From NCBI GenBank assembly GCA_964532925.1, contig CAZHIP010000001.1:126621-190620 (forward strand): a stretch of DNA of 64,000 bases. The letters run 5' to 3'. Below, in pieces: positions 37,061-47,484 of this stretch. The notes below the pieces were generated by a model. That model was not told where the DNA came from. It did not search any database and saw only the letters and a list, made by a program, of their open reading frames with translations. The stretch comes from an uncultured Gammaproteobacteria bacterium (lineage in GTDB: Bacteria; Patescibacteriota; Patescibacteriia; GWA2-47-26). The translations under genes and the position numbers were made by a program. Each line of letters begins with the position of its first letter. Positions within the stretch are counted from its first letter, which is position 1.

Positions 37061-38323
37061 TTATGCGGAAGCTTTGATGGTGTCGGTGCCACAGTAGGCG
37101 GCGAGTGGTGCAGGAATTTTGATTGAACCGTCGGACTGTTGCCCGTTTTCTATGATTGCTACCATGATGCGACCAATGGCGAACGCGGTGCCATTGAGTG
37201 TGTGCACGAGCTCATTTTTGCCGGTTGTTTCGTTCTTGTAGCGGATATTGAGCCGACGTGATTGGAAGTCTGTGCAGTTCGATGTGGAGTGAGTTTCGCG
37301 GTAGCGGTTTTGGGATGGTATCCAGCACTCGATGTCGTATTTTTTTGCGGCGGGGTCACCAAGATCACCTGAGCAAATGTCGAGTACTTGATAGGGTAAA
37401 CCAAGGCCTTGCACGAGCTCTTCTTCGCAGGCAAGAAGGAACGCATGCTCTGCAGCCGAATCTTCTGGGCGAACAAACGAAAACATTTCGAGCTTGTCGA
37501 ACTGGTGAACGCGAATCATGCCTTTCGTGTCTTTGCCGTATGATCCAGCTTCCCGACGGAAACAAGGTGAAACAGCAATATAGCGGAGCGGCTTTGTAAC
37601 GTCGATGATTTCATCGGTGTGCATGACACCGGTGGGTTGTTCTGATGTGCCAATTAAGTATAGATCATCTTGGGTTTTGTAGATCTCATCAGCGCCGCGA
37701 TCCATATACCCCATGGCAGCCATGCCTTCTTCTTTGATCATGGCAGGCGGGACGATGGGCAGAAAGCCATATTTCAGTAATGTGTCGTAGGTGTAGCGGA
37801 TGATCGCAAACTCCAGAAGCGCAGCAGCGCCTTTGAGGATTACAAACCGACTGCCGGCGATTTTTGCGGCTCGGCCAAAGTCGAGAATTCCCAGGCTTTC
37901 GCCGAGTGCAATGTGGTCTTGGATAGGAAAATCAAAGGCAGGTTTTTTTCCGACTTCACGAATGGGTTTGTTTGCGGAATCATCTTTTCCAATCGTGACA
38001 TCGGCAAGTGGGAGGTTGGGGATTTGTCGCAGTAAACGTTTCCACTGACTTTCAAGCGCACCATGGGTTTCGTTTGCCGTCGCGATGGCGTCTTTGAGTC
38101 CTTTGAGTTCGTTCAATAGTACGGCACGCTCTTCGCTCGTTGCTTTGGTTACGGTGGCACCTAGTTCATTTTGTTTCGCGCGAAGCTCTTCGATTTTTTG
38201 TAACGAAGCGAGATACTCTGCGTCGAGTTTGAGAAACGCATCAAGGTCAAGCGGGACATTTTTTGCAGCGAGTCCGGCACGAACAGTGTCACTTTCTTCG
38301 CGAATGAGTTTGATGTCAATCAT
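37061..38323 (-). CDS. serS: serine--tRNA ligase
   Basis: N-terminal coiled-coil arm and class II motifs (FRRE, GSG...R). Confidence 0.9.
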   Translation of the reverse strand: MIDIKLIREESDTVRAGLAAKNVPLDLDAFLKLDAEYLASLQKIEELRAKQNELGATVTKATSEERAVLLNELKGLKDAIATANETHGALESQWKRLLRQIPNLPLADVTIGKDDSANKPIREVGKKPAFDFPIQDHIALGESLGILDFGRAAKIAGSRFVILKGAAALLEFAIIRYTYDTLLKYGFLPIVPPAMIKEEGMAAMGYMDRGADEIYKTQDDLYLIGTSEQPTGVMHTDEIIDVTKPLRYIAVSPCFRREAGSYGKDTKGMIRVHQFDKLEMFSFVRPEDSAAEHAFLLACEEELVQGLGLPYQVLDICSGDLGDPAAKKYDIECWIPSQNRYRETHSTSNCTDFQSRRLNIRYKNETTGKNELVHTLNGTAFAIGRIMVAIIENGQQSDGSIKIPAPLAAYCGTDTIKASA

Positions 38324-38334
38324 ACAAATCTAAG

Positions 38335-39855
38335 TTATATTGCGTCGGGATTTTCTTCTGCAGTCGGGCGCAAGAGGGGAAAGAGAATAACTTCTTTAAT
38401 GCTGTGTGTGTCAGTAAGCAATGCGGTGAGGCGATCAATACCCATGCCAAAACCAGCGGTAGGTGGGAGGCCGTGCATGAGTGCTTCAACAAACTCAGCA
38501 TCGGCAGGCATAGCTGCTTCTGATCCTTGGCCACGCTTTGCTTCTTCTTCAGCAAAACGCGCGGCTTGTTCCAGTGGGTCGTTGAGCTCATTATACGCTT
38601 TTGTGACTTCAATACCTTTGACAATGAGCTGTGTTGAGGCAATGCGGTCCGGTTGATCCTCTTTGCGCTTGGCTAGCGGAATCATCGCGGCAGGGTAGTC
38701 GATGACAAATGTGGGTTGAATAATTTTTGGGCGAACGTGTTCTTTGTAGAGTGCGTCCACGAGTTCGCCAAACCCAACAGCAGAGTCATCTTTGAGGTAG
38801 ATCTTCTGTTCTTTTAGTGCGGCTTTTAGTTGTTTTTCGGTATTGATTGTTTCGAGGTCAATACCGGTTTCGTCTTTGATGAGTTCGTAGAATTTACGGC
38901 GTGGATAGGGCGGCGTGAAATCAAGCGTTGATCCTTCGCGCTCAATAGTCATCTTATGGTTGGTTGCTTGTGCGAGTCCTGAAACCAAGCGTTCAGTTAA
39001 GTCCATAAGGTCGTCGTAGGTCGCGTAGGCCCAGTAGAATTCAACTTGGGTGAACTCAGGATTGTGTTGGAAGCTAATGCCTTCATTCCTAAAACAGCGG
39101 GCAATTTCGAAGACCTTTTCGAGTCCACCAACAACTAATCGCTTGAGGTATAGTTCTGGTGCAATGCGAAGATATAAATCGATATCAAGCGTGTTGTGGT
39201 GTGTTTTAAACGGCCGTGCTGCGGCGCCACCTGCCATTGACTGTAAAATAGGTGTTTCGACCTCCATAAACCCTTCGGCGTGGAGAAATTCGCGGATTTT
39301 CTGCACGATCATGCTGCGCTTTATAAAGATATCGCGGACGTCGGCATTTGAAAGAAGATCAAGCTCACGCTTGCGGTAGCGAAGCTCGACATCGGTCAGA
39401 CCGTGCCATTTTTCTGGAAGTGGCGCAAGTGTTTTTGAAATAATGCGAGCAGTTTGTGCGAGGAGGGATCGCTCACCTTTTTTTGTGGTGAACGGAGTTC
39501 CGGAAACTTCAAGGAAATCTCCAACATCGAGGACCTCCAGCAGTTCTTCATATCCAGAAAGTACATCTTTTTTGAAAAACAATTGCACAGAACCAGTCAT
39601 GTCTTCGAGTGTCAGAAAGCATGAGCCACCATGACCGCGCAATGATCGAACGCGGCCAGCAAGTGTTGCGGATGTATCGGCAAGCGTTTCAAATTGATGC
39701 AAAAAATCACCGACTGTATGCGTGCGATGTATGTTTGCTGGATACGGATTGTTCCCCGCAGCAATAATTTTTTTGAGCCGTTCAAGTCGTGCGGCACGCT
39801 CATCAAGTTTTGGTGGGTTGGTCGAATCCGTCATAATAATTTTAAAATTATGCAA
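38335..39855 (-). CDS. lysS: lysine--tRNA ligase (class II)
   Basis: OB-fold N-domain and class II core (FRNEG, GMGIDRL). Confidence 0.9.
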   Translation of the reverse strand: MHNFKIIMTDSTNPPKLDERAARLERLKKIIAAGNNPYPANIHRTHTVGDFLHQFETLADTSATLAGRVRSLRGHGGSCFLTLEDMTGSVQLFFKKDVLSGYEELLEVLDVGDFLEVSGTPFTTKKGERSLLAQTARIISKTLAPLPEKWHGLTDVELRYRKRELDLLSNADVRDIFIKRSMIVQKIREFLHAEGFMEVETPILQSMAGGAAARPFKTHHNTLDIDLYLRIAPELYLKRLVVGGLEKVFEIARCFRNEGISFQHNPEFTQVEFYWAYATYDDLMDLTERLVSGLAQATNHKMTIEREGSTLDFTPPYPRRKFYELIKDETGIDLETINTEKQLKAALKEQKIYLKDDSAVGFGELVDALYKEHVRPKIIQPTFVIDYPAAMIPLAKRKEDQPDRIASTQLIVKGIEVTKAYNELNDPLEQAARFAEEEAKRGQGSEAAMPADAEFVEALMHGLPPTAGFGMGIDRLTALLTDTHSIKEVILFPLLRPTAEENPDAI

Positions 39856-40306
39856 CAGTTACAATAGTATATATGCGTTCACCGGCAGGTGTTGGGACCG
39901 TTGCTGTATCGCCTGCAGTTTTACCCCAGAGAGCACTGCCAAGAGGAGATTGCGAGGAGATGAGTCCAGCACTCGGGTTTGCCTCATTTGCACCTACGAT
40001 AGTGTACGTCTTTTCAGCGTCTCCAGAAACAATGGTTACTACGGATCCCATGACCACATGTGATCCGTGTTCTGGCTCTACTATGATCGCATGTAAGAGC
40101 ATGTGTTCGAGTTCACGAATCCGGCCTTCGGTCCAGCCGCTCGCATCCTTGGCTTCATGATACTCAGCGTTTTCAGAAAGATCACCCATTTTGAGTGCCG
40201 CTTCAATGCGTGCGACGATTTCTGGTCGACGCACAGTTTTGAGTTCGTGGAGTTCTGTTTTAATTTTTTCAACTCCAGCTGGAGTGAGAATAGGAGATTG
40301 TTGCAT
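39848..40306 (-). CDS. greA: transcription elongation factor GreA
   Basis: LTPAGVEKIKTELHEL...GDLSENAEYHEAK. Start chosen at the internal Met, giving a 10-nt gap after the PBP gene instead of a 32-nt overlap. Confidence 0.85.
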   Translation of the reverse strand: MQQSPILTPAGVEKIKTELHELKTVRRPEIVARIEAALKMGDLSENAEYHEAKDASGWTEGRIRELEHMLLHAIIVEPEHGSHVVMGSVVTIVSGDAEKTYTIVGANEANPSAGLISSQSPLGSALWGKTAGDTATVPTPAGERIYTIVTVA

Positions 40307-40316
40307 AGATTTATTT

Positions 40317-42317
40317 TTACGGTGCTGGTGCGCCGGGAACAACTTCATCAGGAGGGATATCCAGCGGGATAAGTGGTTCGTCAGTGTCTTGCTCGATGGG
40401 TGTAGGTTCTAGTGGTTTCTGGATTTCTTGCACGCCAAAATATTTTTGAAGCATTGTTTTTGCAATAGGTGCGGCAGTTGCATGCCCTTCGCCACCTTCT
40501 TCGACCATTACCGTCACAATAAGTTCTGGGTGTTCGTAGGGTGCATATCCAACATACCAAGCTAATGTACGTTTGTCATCGCCCGTCTGGGCCGTACCGG
40601 TTTTGCCAGCACTGGTGATTGGTAGTGTAAGAAGTGATCTGCCAGATCCGGTCAGCACGGTTTCGCGCATGCCTTTTTGTACGGCGGAAAGTGCGCTTGC
40701 GGGAATAATGTTCGAACCACGAACACGATTTTCTGTGGGGCGTTCAAGTACTGTTGGTGTGTAGAGTGTGCCACCGTTTGCGATAGTTGCGGTGATAAGA
40801 GCCATTTGTAGCGGTGTGGTAAGAAGGAAGCCTTGACCGATAGCAATATGGTAGGTATCTCCGATGTACCAAGGCTCTCCAGTGGTCTTTTTCTTCCACT
40901 CTTCAGTAGGAACAAACCCTGCAATTTCACCAGGGAGATCAATGCCTGTTTTCTCCCCAAGCCCGAATATTTTAGCATATTTAGCGATACCGTTCAAACC
41001 AAGGCCGTTAAAGCCATTGTAGCCTCCGCCAATGATATAAAAGAAGGTGTTTACCGATTGAGCAATGGCCTTTTTAACATTGGTGGCTCCATGGCCACCG
41101 CTGCGCCAGTCTGGAAAGAACCAGCCGCCAATACGGATGCCACCACTCGAGAGAAAGGAGGTATTTTCATTGATGAGGCCTGATGCTAAGGCTGCAGAGG
41201 CGATCATGGGTTTAATGGTGGAGCCTGGTGGATAGGCACCAGCGATAACCCGATTGAATAATGGTTTTTTTTCATCAGTAAGGAGTTTTGTAATTTCCGC
41301 ATTGTTTTGTTCTGGGAAGACATTTGCGTTGAAGTCGGGAAGTGAGACTAGGGCACGAATACGCCCATCGGGAGTCATCGCCATTGCTACACCTGCTTTT
41401 GAGCCGCGCATCTTGAGCATGTCAGCGAGCGCTCTGCGAGTCGTTTCTTGTAGTGGTGCATCTAGAGAGAGTGTGAGTGGGGCACCTTCGGTTGGCTGCT
41501 CTGTCGAAAGAATGCCGACAATCTTTCCACGAGCATCAACTTCGGCTTTTTGTGCTCCGTCGGTACCGCGTAATATCTGTTCGTAGGTTGCTTCAACGCC
41601 CGACTTGCCAATCGAATCATTCATTTGATAGTTTTGGTCTTTTCGAGCCTCGTACTCAGCGCCCGAGAGTTTGCCAACATACCCAAGAATATGTGAGTAC
41701 GTATTTTTTTGTGGGTATTCTCGTCGGGGGGAAGTTTCTAGTTGTACTCCTGGTATACCAGTAACCTGTGTGCCAAGCGACAACATCTCATCATGTGTGA
41801 TGTTGTCTTTGATTACCACTACAGGGCTACGGCGTTCGTATGTGGCAATTTGTTCTGCAATGGTCTCTAGGGGTACACCGCTGATCGTGCTGAGTGTTTG
41901 TAGTGTTTGTGTTCGTTCGGTTGGGTTTTTAGGTACATCTGCTGGGGTAACTACGAGAGCAAAGCGGGCAGTATTTTTTGCAATGATGTCGCCGTTTCTG
42001 TCGGTGACAATACCACGGAGAGCGGGGATACGAATAAGCCGAATGCGGTTTCTGTCTGCGCGAGTGGCAAATGCAGCGCCCTTGTAGATTTGTAAATAGG
42101 CTGTGCGAAATACTAACCCAATGAAGGCTAGAGAAATAATTCCAAATAGTAGGCTGAATTGACGAAGACTAATAATTCGTCGCAAAAATTCTCGCTGTCC
42201 TTCGGGAGAGTCGGTCTCATGGGGAGCAATAGATTCAATCCAGCGTTCGCCGAGTGGTACTGAGCGATCTTTGAGCTGGCTGGGTGGGAGAAAAAAAGGG
42301 TCGGACGTTGAATACAT
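40317..42317 (-). CDS. penicillin-binding protein 2 / FtsI-family peptidoglycan D,D-transpeptidase
   Basis: N-terminal TM helix and the transpeptidase motifs STIKP, SSG and KTGTA. Confidence 0.85.
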   Translation of the reverse strand: MYSTSDPFFLPPSQLKDRSVPLGERWIESIAPHETDSPEGQREFLRRIISLRQFSLLFGIISLAFIGLVFRTAYLQIYKGAAFATRADRNRIRLIRIPALRGIVTDRNGDIIAKNTARFALVVTPADVPKNPTERTQTLQTLSTISGVPLETIAEQIATYERRSPVVVIKDNITHDEMLSLGTQVTGIPGVQLETSPRREYPQKNTYSHILGYVGKLSGAEYEARKDQNYQMNDSIGKSGVEATYEQILRGTDGAQKAEVDARGKIVGILSTEQPTEGAPLTLSLDAPLQETTRRALADMLKMRGSKAGVAMAMTPDGRIRALVSLPDFNANVFPEQNNAEITKLLTDEKKPLFNRVIAGAYPPGSTIKPMIASAALASGLINENTSFLSSGGIRIGGWFFPDWRSGGHGATNVKKAIAQSVNTFFYIIGGGYNGFNGLGLNGIAKYAKIFGLGEKTGIDLPGEIAGFVPTEEWKKKTTGEPWYIGDTYHIAIGQGFLLTTPLQMALITATIANGGTLYTPTVLERPTENRVRGSNIIPASALSAVQKGMRETVLTGSGRSLLTLPITSAGKTGTAQTGDDKRTLAWYVGYAPYEHPELIVTVMVEEGGEGHATAAPIAKTMLQKYFGVQEIQKPLEPTPIEQDTDEPLIPLDIPPDEVVPGAPAP

Positions 42318-42357
42318 AATTGTATCCTATCGCGACCCTAGAGGTTGAGCAAGATGA

Positions 42358-45300
42358 TTATGCGAGCGCCTTGATTGCAAGGCCGAGAATAGCGCGAACA
42401 AGGAGGAGATTTACGCCAACGAGGAGGAGAACTTGCGCTGCAAAGTGCCAGCGAGCAAAGCGAGTATAAGAGTGGTCAATGATGCCAGTTTCGTTCGGCG
42501 AGGCCATGCGTGAGAATCCTTGGGCGCTGTGGCGGGTAAGTACAGAAGGGAGCGCCAGGAAGCTCTTTAAGTAACCTTTGAGACCCTTGCGGCGGCCTGC
42601 AGCGCGTACCATGACACCACTTGATACCACGAACCCTGCAAATGACGCAGCAGCGATTGGTGGGATTAAGTCATTCGTAGTTTGAACTGGTGCAGATTCA
42701 AGTACATCAGAAAGAGGGCCACTTGGTGAAGTAAGTGCACCTGGGGTAGTTGGGATATTTTCAAAACCTGCCGCGTCAGGAGTCACATCTTGTGTTGTAG
42801 TGGTGGCAACAGTGGTACCAGCAAGAGCCATCCAGTTGAAGGGACCAAAGCTAACGCCATCCATCGAGCGGACAGTAAACGCTGTTGCGGTTTGTGATGC
42901 AATGAATAGGGCAGCAGGAGTATTTGTTGAAGTGATAAACGCCTGGTAATTGCCGCCGACTGCATCTGAAAAATTTGTTGGCAGAGTAATGATGACTTCT
43001 TTGAGGGCATCAGTGAGTTCTGCACGACCAGAGATGAAGGAGGGGGTGCCGAGGGTAACCATTGGTGATGGAGTTGTTGCAGGTGTGGGTGTGGTGGAGT
43101 TGGTGGTTGTCGTTGCCACTGGGGTTGTTGCGGCAGTAGCGGCAGCGCTCTGGTTTAGGTTCACGAGCATAAGCACCTTACCTGTGCCTTGTCCGTTGAA
43201 GCTTTCAAGGGCCATACCAACAGTTGTTCCAGCTTGAGTTGCTTTCATGGCAGTACCTGGGGTTGATGATGAGGTGAGATAGTCGCCAGGAGCAATAGCA
43301 CCATTTTCTGCTGTGACTTTTACGGGAACACGGCCAGCGAGCGCCAGAGGGAGTGGGTGAGCTGACTTCTTCTTTAAATCTTCACCAAGAATTTGGTATG
43401 GAGCTGATGAAATTACACCCGTTATGTTTGATTGATATGGCGTAGAGCTCTTTACCATAATAGGCACGGTTTCATCTTCACCGGCAATAATTTTTTGGAA
43501 GTTGTTGGGATCGCGCTCGATACCCTGGTAGCTTACTGTTTTTGTTCCGAGCGCAACAAGATCGCCTTCAGAAACAGTACCGTCAGTTTCGTACCACTCG
43601 GCCAAGTCAGAAGGAGCACCGTTACAGTCTTCGAGTTGTGCGGATCCTTCGGTGCCTGACCAACACAGGCCTGCAGTGGAAGAAGCAACTGTTGCGTTTA
43701 CTGTGGTGCGACCAGTCGAGGAAACGCCGAATAAGGTTGCATCAGCAGAACTCGTTATGGTGAGAAGGTTTGCGGATTGAGATCCAGCACCCTTAATAAA
43801 GAGCCCAACGCGCGACGCTGATTGGTTGTAGACCGCAAGCTGCCCGCCCGGTGGGTTTGCGTATTGGCCAACTGCGACACCGGTCGACATGACTTGGAGT
43901 GCTAGCGTGTCATCAAATGTCGATGATTGTGTATAAAAAGCATGATAGCCAATGCCTGAATAGTTAATGTTTCCTGCATAATCAAAACGCCACGCAGATT
44001 TGAGCACACCATTAAAGGATGTCGAGAGCATTGTTTGGCCGCTACCGCTTGTATTTGCGAGTTCAAGAGCTGAGTTGGCAATAGAAACGGTTGCGTTGGT
44101 GTTGCCGTACGAGAGAGTAGTGAGCCCGGAGTTAATGGTGGAGGTGCCCACACCAAGTTTCGTGGCGACATTGAGCGTGCCATCAGTCTTGATGGTGTTC
44201 GCTGCAGAGCGATAGAGGTTGGAGGATGCCTCTCCAAAATTTAGACCCGCAGCAGCCGTAGTGCCTGATCCGCCACCAATGGTGAGTGCAACGGATGGGG
44301 TGGTATTGTTGATGCCGACGTTTCCGACGTCGAAGATACCTGCATATTTTGTTCCACCACCTGTTGCGGTTGCATACATGCCAACACTGGTGCTTGCGGC
44401 ATCAGCTTTAAAGTAGCCGCCGTAACCCGTAGTCATGGTGCCGCCGTTTAAGTTATCTGCAACGCCGTATACGCCGTAGGCTGTTGTGACGTTGGCGACT
44501 TCACTACCGGTTTGTGCTGCGCTATACGTACCAAACAATGAGGGTAGTGTGAGAGTACCATCAGCACTGGTAGCAAGTGTCTTTGTGCCAAAGGCACCCT
44601 GGGTTACGGTGTTTGCGTTGGAGTTTACAATAAGGGTTGAGTTTGTACCTATGAGAGCAAAAGCGTTACCGTTGCCATTTACGTCACTGGTGAAGAAATT
44701 ATTGATTCCGTAGAGAGTGCCACCTTGCACCAAATTTCCATTGTACGTTTGGCTAATTTGTAAGGGTACTGGTGGGTAAGTGATACCTGTAACCGAAGCC
44801 GTCTTGCCTACCTCAAGAAGAGCGGAGGGGTTGGCGGTGCCGATACCGACGCCGACACCATTGATAGCCATCTTCGTTTGGGGTGTGCGATCCGTGGTGC
44901 CGGTCGTGGTTGCATCAGGGGTTTTGAAAAGTATATTTGATGTCCCTGACCCAGTGGAGATACCAGAAGTCAGCACAAGATCTCCGCCAGATTGGTCTGT
45001 GCCCCCAGATTGCCCGCCACCAGCATTGATAGTAAGGCCTTTTCCTGGCCATGCGCCAGATACGCGGCCCATACCAATAGTTTGGTCTTCATCTGCAAAT
45101 AAATCGATATTGCGAGCTGGGTCACCTCCAGTTTGGGATAGCCCCATAAAAATACCTTGGGAGGCAGTACCAAGAAGAGTAAGACTGCGCATCGAAGTAT
45201 CAGATGTGCCAGAATTGCCTGGTTGCGGGACTTGAAGGTAGATTTTTGATGTTCCAGAGCCTGTAGCGATACCAGAGGTGAGAGTGAGGTTGCCACCATT

Positions 45301-47424
45301 TGTATTCGATTCAGAAGTTTTGGCTCGACCAGCCTTTACGGTGAGACCCCCTCCTGGGCCACTACCGGTCTTTTCGCCAATACCAAATGCGATATCTAAA
45401 TCGCCCTGATAAATTGTATTACCTGTTCCATCGATGGTTAGTCTGGTTGAAGGATCTTTGTCACCTGTGCCAGAATTACCACCGCCTGCAGTCATGAATT
45501 CGATATTTGATCCGCCGTTACCTGTTGCGATACCGGTTGAGAGGGTTAGGTTTCCCCCTGTTTGGTTTGCAATGCCCGCCTTAGCACCACCACCTCGAAT
45601 CATTAGAGCTTGTCCATTATCAGAGGGGGAAGCTTGTCGCTCAAGGCCGATAATTTTTTCACCATTACCGCTAAAAGAAAGATCATAACTCGGAGCAGTG
45701 GTACCGATACCAATTCTTCCATTTTCAAAAATTGCCGCGTAGTTATTTTGTGCACCAGAGGCAGAGGCGTAGAGGCCGACATTCGTTAAGTCGTTGCCAC
45801 CGGTGGAGCGAGATGATGTATTGTTGAAATAGCCAGCATAGTTGGTTAGGGAGCCGCCGGTTGTGTTAAAAGTCGCAAAAGAAGCAGCATCGACAACTCG
45901 CTTGTTGTTTCCGTTAAGGCCGGTTCCACGATTGTCAAAGTAGGCGGCGTTACCTAAGCCGGTGTTCATAACATACAGAGGGGAGCCTTCGAATGCGCTT
46001 TGGCCGGATAGCTCAAGAATGGCGGAGCCAGCTCCATTGGCTTCCATTTTAATACCCCAACCAGATCCTGTGCCATCAAAATTCCAACCCCATGTTTGGC
46101 TATAGTTGCCATTTCCAATGTTGTTGGTGCTTGTTGCGGCAGTTAGAGCAGAAAGCGTGGAGCCACCTCCTATAGGAGAACCGTTTACAGTGAGAGTACC
46201 CGTAACGTCCACCGTATCATTGGTGACCGTAAGAACCGATCCATTGTTAAAACCGACCTTAAATGTGCTGGCGGTGTTGTTGGTAAAGCCAGATCCGATA
46301 GCAATCGCGTTGTTTGCAGATGCGGTGAGGGAGCTCCCAATTGCAATCGTATTGTTGGCTGATGCTGTTACAGAGCTACCCAAAGCAATCGCACTGCCGC
46401 CACTTGCTGTAGACTCGCCCCCCAAGGCAATAGACGAATCACCACTTGCTGTGTTTAGGAATCCCGCGGCAAACGACTGGCCACCGCTCGCTGTAGACTT
46501 CATGCCCATAACAGTACTTGCAAGACCAGAAGCATTTGTTTCTAGACCGAATGCAGAGGCACTTGCTCCGCCTGCACGGGAGTTGATCCCTGCTGCAAAC
46601 GAGCCTGGCCCTACATTTGCGGCATCCCAATAGGCACTACCATTCGTAAATCCTTCAAGAACCGTCATGTCGCCAATGGATCCAGCGCGGAAGGCGCCTT
46701 TTGATGGATTCCAGAGAATTTTACTGCCGAGCGATGAAACACCTGCGGTTGCAATGTCTGTGCCAGCAAAGCTTGCTGTGCCGGTGCCTTCAATTCCATA
46801 ATCTTCGCCAAGTAGTAGACCGCCAGAAATAGAATTGAAAGGTACAGGGTTTCCAGCGGTTAGGTCTTGGACACCAACAGATAAGTTGTTTGATACATAA
46901 AAGTCATTCTGGGAACGTTCTGCGAATTTTGCGCGGTTTGCTAAAGGTGCAGTGCCAATGTCTTTCCGCGGAGTCATTTCACTTTCTGTGCATGTGGTTG
47001 TTATGGGTGTATCACCTACACCACAGACAGTGACGCCCAGAGTAAATGCATCTGAGTCATATTCATATAGTGCATCCGGAAGAGCTGTTTGTCCCGAATC
47101 GCCTAGATAGACCGAAAAAAAACCGTTTTGGACCGAAATGGAGACAGATTTTCTGCTTTGTTCTGTATTGCCGCAACCAGTAGTATCACCTACAAGTACG
47201 CCTGCACCCCACAAACAACCGCCGTCACGGTAGAGGGCAAACTTCATTTGATAGGTGCCATTAGCAACCGCGACACCATTTGGATCAGTCAATTTTCCAA
47301 TATATTGGATTTTTGGTAGAGGGTTTTCTGCTGCTGCAAAATGGGGATTTGTGAGTGAAAATAAAAACGCAACCGCTGCAATTGCGAGAAAAGTGGTGCC
47401 AATATTGCGACGATGTTTTTGCAT
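42358..47424 (-). CDS. giant (1688 aa) repeat-rich surface protein with YadA-head-like (Hep/Hag-type) Gly/Ser/Ala repeats, Thr-rich linker and C-terminal TM anchor; candidate adhesin
   Basis: Signal peptide. Degenerate repeats of the type SIALGGESTASGGSAIALGSSVTASANNTIAIGSSLTASANNAIAIGSG, also visible as 39-42-nt tandem periodicity near 46290-46440. Thr-rich TTPVATTTTNSTTPTPATTP linker. Terminal hydrophobic helix AAQVLLLVGVNLLLVRAILGLAIKALA. Confidence 0.7.
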   Translation of the reverse strand: MQKHRRNIGTTFLAIAAVAFLFSLTNPHFAAAENPLPKIQYIGKLTDPNGVAVANGTYQMKFALYRDGGCLWGAGVLVGDTTGCGNTEQSRKSVSISVQNGFFSVYLGDSGQTALPDALYEYDSDAFTLGVTVCGVGDTPITTTCTESEMTPRKDIGTAPLANRAKFAERSQNDFYVSNNLSVGVQDLTAGNPVPFNSISGGLLLGEDYGIEGTGTASFAGTDIATAGVSSLGSKILWNPSKGAFRAGSIGDMTVLEGFTNGSAYWDAANVGPGSFAAGINSRAGGASASAFGLETNASGLASTVMGMKSTASGGQSFAAGFLNTASGDSSIALGGESTASGGSAIALGSSVTASANNTIAIGSSLTASANNAIAIGSGFTNNTASTFKVGFNNGSVLTVTNDTVDVTGTLTVNGSPIGGGSTLSALTAATSTNNIGNGNYSQTWGWNFDGTGSGWGIKMEANGAGSAILELSGQSAFEGSPLYVMNTGLGNAAYFDNRGTGLNGNNKRVVDAASFATFNTTGGSLTNYAGYFNNTSSRSTGGNDLTNVGLYASASGAQNNYAAIFENGRIGIGTTAPSYDLSFSGNGEKIIGLERQASPSDNGQALMIRGGGAKAGIANQTGGNLTLSTGIATGNGGSNIEFMTAGGGNSGTGDKDPSTRLTIDGTGNTIYQGDLDIAFGIGEKTGSGPGGGLTVKAGRAKTSESNTNGGNLTLTSGIATGSGTSKIYLQVPQPGNSGTSDTSMRSLTLLGTASQGIFMGLSQTGGDPARNIDLFADEDQTIGMGRVSGAWPGKGLTINAGGGQSGGTDQSGGDLVLTSGISTGSGTSNILFKTPDATTTGTTDRTPQTKMAINGVGVGIGTANPSALLEVGKTASVTGITYPPVPLQISQTYNGNLVQGGTLYGINNFFTSDVNGNGNAFALIGTNSTLIVNSNANTVTQGAFGTKTLATSADGTLTLPSLFGTYSAAQTGSEVANVTTAYGVYGVADNLNGGTMTTGYGGYFKADAASTSVGMYATATGGGTKYAGIFDVGNVGINNTTPSVALTIGGGSGTTAAAGLNFGEASSNLYRSAANTIKTDGTLNVATKLGVGTSTINSGLTTLSYGNTNATVSIANSALELANTSGSGQTMLSTSFNGVLKSAWRFDYAGNINYSGIGYHAFYTQSSTFDDTLALQVMSTGVAVGQYANPPGGQLAVYNQSASRVGLFIKGAGSQSANLLTITSSADATLFGVSSTGRTTVNATVASSTAGLCWSGTEGSAQLEDCNGAPSDLAEWYETDGTVSEGDLVALGTKTVSYQGIERDPNNFQKIIAGEDETVPIMVKSSTPYQSNITGVISSAPYQILGEDLKKKSAHPLPLALAGRVPVKVTAENGAIAPGDYLTSSSTPGTAMKATQAGTTVGMALESFNGQGTGKVLMLVNLNQSAAATAATTPVATTTTNSTTPTPATTPSPMVTLGTPSFISGRAELTDALKEVIITLPTNFSDAVGGNYQAFITSTNTPAALFIASQTATAFTVRSMDGVSFGPFNWMALAGTTVATTTTQDVTPDAAGFENIPTTPGALTSPSGPLSDVLESAPVQTTNDLIPPIAAASFAGFVVSSGVMVRAAGRRKGLKGYLKSFLALPSVLTRHSAQGFSRMASPNETGIIDHSYTRFARWHFAAQVLLLVGVNLLLVRAILGLAIKALA

Positions 47425-47484
47425 ACGTTGAATGCCCTAATTGTATCACGCTGAAAAAATGTCTACTACGAGCTTATGCACAGG

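Noticed and set aside
46290-46440. Tandem 39-42-nt repeats considered as a CRISPR-like or mobile repeat array
   Set aside because: They are in-frame coding repeats of the surface protein (…AIALGSS…TASANN…). They have no spacer/repeat architecture and there are no cas genes.
42950-46633. Multiple plus-strand ORFs (95-175 aa) inside the giant surface-protein gene
   Set aside because: They are antisense shadow frames of a long repetitive Gly/Ala/Ser/Thr-rich gene, with no start context or motifs.
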